Below the pieces are notes generated by a model. It was given only the letters and a program-made list of their open reading frames with translations. It ran no database searches and was not told the origin of the DNA. A stretch of 64,000 nucleotides of DNA from the NCBI GenBank assembly GCA_951406725.2, contig OX597831.1:51336001-51400000 (forward strand), read 5' to 3'. The translations under genes and the position numbers were made by a program. Origin of the DNA: Octopus vulgaris. Its lineage: Eukaryota. Shown piece by piece: positions 44,775 to 55,800 of this stretch. Positions within the stretch are counted from its first letter, which is position 1, and every line of letters starts with the position of its first letter.

Positions 44775-45824
44775 ACTGTGCATAACCATAGGTGTAGCGC
44801 ATTATTTCCTTTTCTGCCTTTTGACATTGACAGAAGAGTCTCATGGTTTGCAGGCTTCCCAACAGCTTATACTACTTGTAACATGTAAAATATAAACATA
44901 CATTCTTTGGACATGTGGATGGATAAGTATTTAGTGATTGTTTAACACCAAGTCAGCTCAGGTTGAGCAGATATTTTATGAAAAACATTCCTTCTTTTCC
45001 TCAAGCACATTCTATCTAGGATAACATTAGTGACTGTTTCTGTCTTAATTTAAAACAGAAGGATGGGATTCTAGAAAGATTTGACTGCTCTTTTACGTTT
45101 GTGAAGTGATTCCATAGAGCAGGCATGGGCCACACTTTTTGACAAGCAGGCCACATGATACATGCCTCATAATTTGGCAGAACCACACTACAAAAAATTC
45201 AAGATAATTTATCATTAAGTGTGCCATGCAGAATGTCCTGTAGGCTGCAGGTTACCCATTACGACCATAAAGGTTCCCTTCATTGGCTATTCATATATTC
45301 AGTTGATAAGGCCAAGTAAAACAGAATTTACCATTAACAGAAATTATATTTCTAAAGCTATAGAAGGTAGATTGGAAATATATCAGGTACAGCATACCTA
45401 TGAATGACTGAACCTTAAATCATTAAAATATCTTGTATGAAATAAAGGGTAAAAGTAAGATATAAGACAAAATATTTAGGTATATCAAATAACTTATATG
45501 ATTATATCAAACAAGTTATCCAATTTATACACAGAAACAAGATAATATATATATATATATATATATATGGGTGTGTGTGATTGTGTATAGAAGAATATAT
45601 ATATATATATATTTCATATATATAATAATAATAATAAATATTGAAATGGGAATAAATCCAAATTTACAGGGTAAAAATCAGATTTATGACTGGATTGAAT
45701 CTAGTTAATCAGTGATATTTAACATTCTACTATTTCATTTCATTATTTATTCAATTATAATATATTATCTTATAATATATCATTATAAGATTGTAAATAA
45801 CTGAAAATCAGACGTGGAATTTTT

Positions 45825-45879
<55 letters not shown>

Positions 45880-46766
45880 ATATTAGGAATAAATTTTAGG
45901 AAAAATCAGATTTATTGAATCAATTTTATAGTAAAATATTATATTATATTAAATTAAAGACAAAACCACTATTATGCAAATCAAACAAAGAAAGACTTAA
46001 GCCAATACATAAAATAATTTTAATTAATTTTAATTAAATTTAATTATATAAATTATTTTATGTATTGGCTTAAGTCTTTCTTTGTTTGATTTGCATAATA
46101 GTGGTTTTGTCTTTAATTTAATATAATATATATATATATATATTTATATATATACATAGATAGATAGATAAGTAGATAGATATTTAAGCATATACAAAAT
46201 CCTTACCCTGAAGGTATAATTTCTGAAGGAACATTAATAGATTCATTATATTTTAGCCTAGATTTTTGATAATCTTCTGCAGAACGTACATCCATAATAA
46301 TAATTTTGGTTGAATTATCCTGCAGTAAGGCAAACAGCTCCATAACAAAAATCCGTTCATCAGAATAACGAGGAGTCACTTCTGAAATGGAAATTGAATG
46401 AAAATTTAATAGTATATATACACATACACACACATATATATATATCGAGTGAAAAATGGGATGGACGCTTCGATTTTGTTTTGGTGCCTCGCTCTGTGGT
46501 ACACGACTATGAGGATTTGCATCCCCAACGTAATTCATCTTTTTCCCAAACTAATGTAATACATGTCCTTGGAGTAGTAATTGTACGCAGCTATTGACAT
46601 ACAAATTACATCAATTATGCATTGATATAAACCGTCTAATAAAAGCCAGAAACATAAGTACCACTAAATCCTTTGCATTATGTTTTTATTTTGATAAATA
46701 TACTCTATCACCTACACCACTAAATTGCATATACAGGTGCTTACAATTATCAAGTATTCACCCTGA

Positions 46767-46810
<44 letters not shown>

Positions 46811-49800
46811 GTCTGGGGAGAGTCATTCTCTTTTAGTGCCTTATTATTTAACACACTCACTGGTAAAATTTCCACTCATTTACATATTCATTTTCCCTAA
46901 AATTTTTGTTGTGTCTTGCAACCTTTTCAGTAGTCGACTATTGCAAAGGTTGCAATGAAAATTTTAAGAAAAAAAAATAAGTAAATGAGTGGAAACTTTA
47001 CCAGTGAGTGTGTTAAATAATAAGGCACTAAAAGAGAATGACTATCCCCAGACACAACAAAATATGCTTCAACACACGAACTCATAAAGAATCTTGCAAA
47101 CCAAATATATATATATACCATCATCAGCATTATCATGACATTGAACAGTCTAGATAAACAAACACATAAAAAAAATCATTTACTTCTTCTATAGGCCTAA
47201 ACTTTCTAGTAAGTTGCTAAGCCATAGTGATAAATCCTGGCCCTTACATGCCAACTGAGTCTACTATGTTTTCCTTTATCATCTGATTAGTAGTTTACTA
47301 ATAATCATCCAATTTTCTTTTCTGGAAGATTATGTCCAATTCAGCCATTTTAAGGATTTGTATCATGATTATTATATATGGGATGGTCATATTTTTGCCA
47401 ATTAACCACATTCACTATATACTTGTTCTTCACTTCAGCTTTATTATTATTATTATTTTAGTGTCCTTCAAAATCTTTTCTCACATGTTCTGTGACCTCT
47501 TCAGTGACACTCTACCCCACATGTCTCTTCCTGTTCTATATAGTCCATTCTGTCTTTCTGTGGATACACACCACAGAAAGACAGAATGGATTAAACAGAA
47601 CAATAGGAGACACGTGAGGTGGAGAGTTGCTGAAGAGGTCACCTGTTGTTTCACTGTTTAGTGCAGCAATTAAAATTGATTGCTATTTACCACTTTTATC
47701 TGGCAGGTTTTTCGTTTCTTCAACATCATCATTACATTTTCCAGGATCTAATTTTTCTTTCAGTTGTTCATCTTCTCGTTCTTTCTTCAAAGTATCTAAC
47801 TTCTCAGAATATGCCTGGGCCTTCAAGAAGTCATACCTGTGAGATACAAAAATCATAAGATTAGTTATACTTAAACAGTGAAAATCTACTTTTGAAATAT
47901 TTCATGTTACTGAATGTAAATTCTTTTTTAAACTTTCTTTATTATTCAGCAATGTAGCATTACATTACATTCAACAATTATTCTTTCTAATTTTGGTACA
48001 AAGCCAGTAATTTTGAGGGGAGCAAACAAGTAGATTACATCAACACCAGAAATTGACTGGTTACTTATTTTCTCAACCCTGAAAGGATAAAAGGCAAAGT
48101 CAACCTCAGCAGAATTTGAACTCAGAACATGAAGAACTAGGAGAAATGCTGCAAAGTATTTTGTCCAAAGTGCTAATGATTCTGCCAGCTTGCAACCCTT
48201 TCATTCACTAATAAACGTATCTAATTTTGGCACAAGGCCAGCACCTTTCAGGAGAGAGACAAGTTGATTATATCAACACCAACAATTGACTGGTATTCAT
48301 TTTATTGAATCTGAAAGGATAAAAAGTAAAGTCAACCTTGGTGGAGTTTACACTCAGAGTATGAATAGCTGCTGAACATTTTGTCCAGTATGCTAATGAT
48401 TCTGCCAGCTTGCAGTTTTTTCCTTCAATAAGAAAAATATGTGGGAAAAGATTCTTGTTGATCTGCTGCAATTTCTAGGAAATGTTTTTTCTCGTAATTT
48501 GTTCAATGCACAGCATGAACAAATCTGAAAAGTGGAGTACTGAAGCAAACATTGGTTGAACTTAAATGAAATAGGATCTTTTATCACAGATTTGTATATA
48601 AGTTGCTGATTTCTAAGAGTTATCTTACATTATAGATATGTTCAACTTTGACCTGATTTCATTAAGCTTAAAGCAATTCAATTTGACAAGATATGGGTCG
48701 ACTCTGGTAAGGATATAATTGTTAGAATTTAATACTATACACTACCAGTACATACTTCATCAAATTTAGTTGGGTGTGATACCTAAGCACTAAGAAGAAT
48801 TGAAACACAGCAAGGCATCCAATTCAACGGTGTACTTTCTTGGCATTATTACAAAAAAAAAAACTAGATTACTTATAAATCTACACCAGCAAGATAAATA
48901 GAATTGCTAGCCTATTCATACATACTCAGAGGTATCCAACATCAAATGATTATTCAATACTGACTTCAAACAAAGGATATTATTGACAAATGTGAAATGA
49001 AATGGTTCCAACAGGAAAATGAAATCAGTTTACTGAAACATGATTATATGGATCTCACAGAAAAGAAAACAAAAGATTATCAATCATATCATGCTGGCAC
49101 AGGCATGGCTGCATGGTAAGGAGTTTGCTTTCCAACAACATGGTCTGGATTTAATCCCATTGTATAGTAACACTGGGCAAGTCTCACCAGCACAGGTACC
49201 CTTAATGTGTCATTGACAAAGGTACCTTTCACGTGTCACCAGCAAATGGTTTCTGATATAGGTATATGACCAGGAATTTTTGAGGGGCGGGGGTTAGTCA
49301 GTTAGATCAACCCAGTACTTGACTGGTCCTTTATTTTGTTGACTCTGAAAGATATTTTCTTTGATGCTTTAATCATTCTGCCAACTCATCAACACCATAA
49401 TAATAATGATCTTTTTTATTGGCCAAAAGGGCCCAAGACATGGAGGACAATATCAGAGGACAAGATACAACTGGCTCTCAAGGCTTCTAATCTTAACTGA
49501 TTGGAAGTGTTATCATGTACATGTATTGTCTTAGTATAAAAAAGATGGGTTACAGCAAATATTCTGCTCAATACTACAGATTTGCTTGTCAGTTGTTTGA
49601 CCTTAATTAGTTGAGCATGTTTCTTGGTGGTTGACAATATGTGCATCTCCGATCACAAGCAGAAGTAGTGGGGGAACACCATAGCCATGTTTTGAGAGGA
49701 ATCCTTAGAGGTTTGAATAGTTCACCTTTGGAAACATGGGTGTTTCATTCAACATCCTTAAACAACCTTTATTTAGGAACCTTTTGAGTTGGAAGGACTA

Positions 49801-52800
49801 CTCAACCTGAAGAAAATTCTAACTGGAAACCCCCTGCAAAGTCATGTATTGTTTATCTTGATATGAGATCACCATGTCACACACATATGGTTGTGATGCA
49901 TGTGCCTAGTGTACCCTTATCAGAAGGGTAGTCATGATGGGCATACTGAGCTTCATATAGTTAACCCCAGTGTCACTTTGATGGCATGCACTGCTCTTTC
50001 ACTCAATAAAGATAATAATATTTATACACACACATACATACATACATATATATATATACATACACACATATAACAAGTTTCTTTCAGCTTCCATTTGCCA
50101 AATCTACTCACATGGCCTTAGTCAGCTGGAACAGTTGTAGAAGACACATGCCAAAAGTACCATACAGTGGGACTGGATCTGAAACCACACAGAACCCTCC
50201 TGAATATCACCTTTGATAGAGTGGCTGAGTAACAACCCGTGTGTTTTAGGTAGCTGACATCAATGGTGAAGATATTCCAGAAAAGTTTTGCTATTACTCT
50301 ATCATTTTGGAGTTCTTTGTAGTTTGGTCTCATCCTGCTTAATCAACACTTTGGATCATACTCATGCATTTTATAAAATTGTTGTATCATGTAATTTTTC
50401 TTTGGAGTAGATCTCAAATAATAAGTCAGTTTTAATTTACAGATTCATCATAAATAAAAATACGAATATCTTATATAAACCAACCTTGTTGTCTAACCCC
50501 AGAACAAGGCAAATGTTCCGAAATGTTTAATAAAAGTCCTTGTTTGAAATAATATCTAAAAGCGAAAATTAATTCCTTCAGTTACACTTAAAAAATATTG
50601 AGAATTCTCGGAGCACATCTAAATGGTATCAGCAGTTTTTGGCACATCTAAACGATGTCAGTAGCAAAACAACAACATTAACAATACTCACCTATAATTC
50701 AAACTTTTCTGTAAGCATTCTGCTTGTTTTATAGCTTTTTTCAAGTTCTTAGATCCAATCATATTATTGTAATATGGCTGATATAGTGAAAAAAAGAAGA
50801 AAACCATATTTTACAACCAAGAAGATAAATTCTAATGTTATTAATCCAAATATAAAACATGTCAGTTTGGTTTAAACAACAAAATATAAATTGATAAAAT
50901 ATCTTTTTTGCTCATATATTCAGTGTTAACAGTTTAATTAGCAATTTACTTTATTGTATAACACTCCTCCACTTGACTATATAAAAGCAATAGCTGAGCT
51001 GTATGGAGTTAAGATATAAGCCTGGAGATCATAAGGCCAAGAGTTGAAATCCTTCTGTAACCTGTGTGTTGTGTAATCATATGCAAACAGTATTATTCAG
51101 CTTCATTGACTCAACCCAGCTCAAAACAGATACTATTTACACATCACGTGCAATAGCGTAACGATAGCATATCTGTTGACTCAACGGAAGCTGTGGGGTC
51201 TATTACCATAAGCAGACTCAAGTATTTTTTAGGTACAGGTGTGATTGTGTGGAAAGAAATTTGCTTCCCAATCATATGATTCTAGGTTCAGTCCCATGGT
51301 ATGAAAATTTGGACAAGTGTCTTCTAATATAGCTGCAGGCCAGCCCAGGCCTTGTGAGCGGATTTGGTAGGCAGAAACTGAAAGAAGGTGGCGAGCTGGC
51401 AGAAGCGTTAGTATGCCGGGCAAAATGCTAGCGGTATTTCGTCTGCCGTTACGTTCTGAGTTCAAATGCCGCCAAGGTTGATTTTGCCTTTCATCCTTTC
51501 AGGGTCGATAAATTAAGTACCAGTTACGCACTGAGGTCTATGTAATCGACTTAATCCCTTTGTCTGTCCTTGTTTGTCCCCTCTATGTTTAGCCCCTTGT
51601 GGGCAATAAAGAAATAAGAAACTGAAAGAAGTCTGTCGTGCGTGTGTGAATGTGCATGTTTCTCACCATTGCTTGTCAACCAGTGTTAGTTTGTTTATGT
51701 CCTCATGACTTAGCAGTCTGGCCTAGAATAAGCACCAAGCTTAAAAAAAAAAAATGGTGTCAATTCATTTGATTAAAACATTTCAAGACATTGCCCCAGC
51801 ATGGCTGCAGTCCAATGACTGAAACAATCAAACGATAAAAAATCACAATTGAAAGTATTTGTGAGAAAGAAATTTGGTATTTGAAACACTACCAACATTT
51901 CAATTGCTAATATTCATAATTCACAGAACATAATCTCACGATGGAAATTGATAAAAAACTGTTCTAAGTTGTAAAGGATAACCCCTGAACACATGGATTT
52001 TGGGTTTTATTTATATTGCATTTTGTAAACAATAAATAGCAAAATTAGTTACAGGTTTCTAATAGGCCAGTCATAGTTCACTACATTTACAATGTTTACA
52101 ACAGCAAGATGACAAGGATAGTCTGTGCAACTTGGATGAAAAAAATATCACAAAAGACTTCACTTATAGTTTGTTTTTCCACCAATGTGTATACTTTTTG
52201 CTAATATACATCACTGAAAAATATGCAGGGATACACATTCACACACACACACAAGCACACATACTTCTGCACAGTTTTCCCTCTACCAAATTCTACTCAA
52301 AGTATTGGGCAACTGAAGCTGATTGCAGAAAACACTTGCGCAAGGTGACATGCAATGGGATTTAACCCCTTCGTTACCAACCCGGCTGAAACCAGCCCTG
52401 GCTCTAGTACAAATCTTCCACCAAAACTTAGTCACAATTTATGTTCCTAACACTAGCTTAATGATAACTAAGCTATTTTACTAAATTCTTTGTTATATTT
52501 AAAGTAATTCAAAGAAAAACAGAGCATCTCAAAATAAATACGGTAACGAAAGGGTTAACCTGGCGCCATGTGCTTCTTAACCATACAGCCATGGCTATGC
52601 CCTTTTGATCTTCATTACAACAATCATAACCCAGTGCTATGATAAAAATCAATCTAGGAAAAGATACTTACCTCATCTTTTTTATATTCTGCTGTTCTCT
52701 TAATTGATGTTATCAAGTTAAAGAAACGCATATACATCACATAAGCTTTCTCTTCATCACCGGTGTTTTCACATAGTTCAGCTTCCTTCAAAAGTCTTCC

Positions 52801-55800
52801 TGCTGATTTTACAGCTCTGAAAAGTAGTAAATAAGAAAAATATATAATTTGTTACACACGCTTGAAAACTGTTATTATTTTAGAGAACAACATTGCGACA
52901 TTACCATCTATCTCAATGAAATAAGCATTGCAGATGAAACACGAGCGCTCAGAGATCGCAAACCTCCACAAAGGCAACACCAACATCCACTCAACGATTA
53001 GCCAGAGATGATTTAAAAAATGAGAATATCTGAAATAAACTTGACTGCTCTCACAAACGAGAATACTAAAAATGAATCCAACCGCTCTCAAAAATGAGTA
53101 AAAAAAAAAACAGGAAAAAAATCCAGAATCCTTGTCCAATACTGGATCGATCCCAAAATCTAATCTGTTTGTGCCTATCACGTGGACAAACATCCCTGAA
53201 AGTTTCATCTACGAGCAAATAAACAAACAATCAAATGTGCCTGAAAACAATACCTCTGCCTTCGGTAAGGCAGAAGGATGAACTGAAACTAAATCCTACA
53301 TTTGATTCAGTGAAAATTACTACTGTTTCTCAGTGCCCACCATAACAAAAAAACCCTTAAGTAGATGAATATCAACCTCAGAAGCTTCTATCACAAAGTC
53401 TTGACCCTGGTATATTTAGTTGCCCAAGAACAAGCCATCACTGTTGACTCCGCCGTTTTTCCATACTTGCATAAATTGGACAGAGTTTACTGAGGCATAC
53501 CCTTCCTGTCACCAAGCAAAGTAATGCTTGACTAGATATATTCTTCCAGAATATTGGAAATGAATGACATTACTTGTACGACAGTGACACTCAATCACAA
53601 CTATCATACACACACACACACACATATATACGACAGGCTTCTTTCAGTTTCTGTCTACCAAATATACTCACAAGGCTTTGGTTGGCCCAGTCCTTAAGTA
53701 GGAAACACTTGCCCAAGGTGCTGTTGGACTGAACCTGAAACCATGTGGTTGGGAAGCTAACTTCTTAACACACAGCCATGCTTACATCAATACATTTCTA
53801 GTGTAATGTGGAGAGCTGGCAGAAACGTTAGATGCCGGGACGAAATGCTTAGCAGTATTTTGTCTGTATTTACGTTCTGAGTTCAAATCCCACCAAGGTC
53901 GACTTTAACTTTCATTCTTTCAGGGTCAATAAATTAAGTACCAGTTGCACACAGAGGTCAATCTAATCGACTGGCTCCCTCCTCAAAAATTTCGGGCTTT
54001 GTGCCTAGACTAAAAAAGATTCTTTATAGCAGCAAGCTGGTAGAAACGTTAGCACTCTGGCTGAAATGCTTAGTGATATTTCATCTGTCTTTAGGTTCTG
54101 AGTTCAAATTCTGCCGAGGTCGACTTTGCCTTTCATCCTTTTAGGGTCGATAAATTAAGTACCAGTTGCATACTGGGGTTGATCTAATCAACTGGCTCCC
54201 TCCCAAAAATTTTGGGCTTTGCACCTAGAGTAGAAAAGAATACATTGTTATTGTTTTTCCCAATTTTTTAAGATATCAGCTGAATAGCGTCGCAATATAT
54301 CATCCCTCTCTCTTTATACTGTATTGATTCTGTGTCAATCTTACCAAAGAAATCCAACTGCTGCAAGCCCCAAATATTTACTCTCAAATCATCTTAAAAA
54401 AGTGTTTCACCTAGTATGTCTCCTCCACTTTCAATCTGAATAGATTACTCGGTCACTTTTTATGTCTCTTCAGTTTTATGTCAGTCATCTCAAATACTTG
54501 TGCATACTATACCAAACAATTGGTATATTAAACAGTAATTTTTCGACTACACAAATCAGAATAAGTGTGTATTTCAAAAACCTTTGGCAGGACCCTTTCC
54601 AAAGAAAGGCCCTAACTGAAACATTTGACTGAGGCCATGCTGGAGCACCGCCTTTAGTTGAGCAAATCCACCCCAAGACTTATTCTTTGTAAGCCTAGTA
54701 CTTATTCTATCGGTCTCTTTTGCTGAACCACTAAGTTACGAGGATGTAAACACACCAGCATTGGTTGTCAAGCGATGTTGGGGGTACAAGCACAGACACA
54801 CAAACACACAGATATATATACATATATATGACGGGCTTCTTTCAGTTTCCGTCTACCAAATCCACTCACTTTGGTTGGTCCGAGGCTATAGTAGAAGACA
54901 CTTGCCCAAGGTGCCACGCAGTGGGACTGAACCCGAAACCATGTGGCTGGTAAGCAAGCTACCCGTGGCCCTATGTTCCCTGAGGAATCAAGCAGCAGCA
55001 GCAGTAGGAGGCTGTTCCATTGATCAGATCAACTGGAACCAATGTTGTCATAAATGACAGAGTGCCAGTGGAAAAATTAAAAGGTTAGTCAGGAAGATTT
55101 AGAAAGAAATAGCTGTGACAGACAATTGTTGAGAGTCAATGAATATCTCCAGTTTGTTTACATTAAACAGATAAGACAAAAAGTTATTTCATTGCAGGTA
55201 GCACTCCTCGGTGATATGGTTCTTATCTTTCATGATCAGATGAAACGTGTCATGTTGAATAATTTAATTACTGCCTAGATACATAATGATATACTTTCAG
55301 TGGTACTAAACCAAAGATTTATGAGCAAAGAGTCATACAATATCATATCTACTCAGTCATTTTGCTCTTACAGAAAAAATAACTGAAAGCAGGTATATTG
55401 TTCTCTTTCTCTTTTTTACTTGTTTCAGTCATTTGACTGCGGCCATGCTGGAGCACCGCCTTTAATCGAGCAACTCGACCCCAGGACTTATTCTTTTGTA
55501 AGCCCAGTACTTATTCTATCGGTCTCTTTTGCCGAACTGCTAAGTAACGGGAACATAAACACACCAGCGTCAGTTGTCAAGCAATGCTAGGGGGACAAAC
55601 ACAGACACACAAATATATATACATATATACGACGGGCTTCTTTCAGTTTCCGTCTACCAAATCCACTCACAAGGCTTTGGTCGGTCCGAGGCTATAGTAG
55701 AAGACACTTGCCCAAGGTGCCACGCAGTGGGACTGAACCCGGAACCATGTGGCTGGTAAGCAAGCTACTTACCACACAGCCACTCCTACGCCTGTATATA

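Noticed and set aside
54761-55759. Recurrent short ORFs with [21 protein letters not shown] peptides
   Set aside because: Antisense translations of SINE family A, not a gene family
55700-55792. tRNA-like A/B boxes suggesting tRNA genes
   Set aside because: These are SINE heads continuing into SINE bodies; no complete cloverleaf seen
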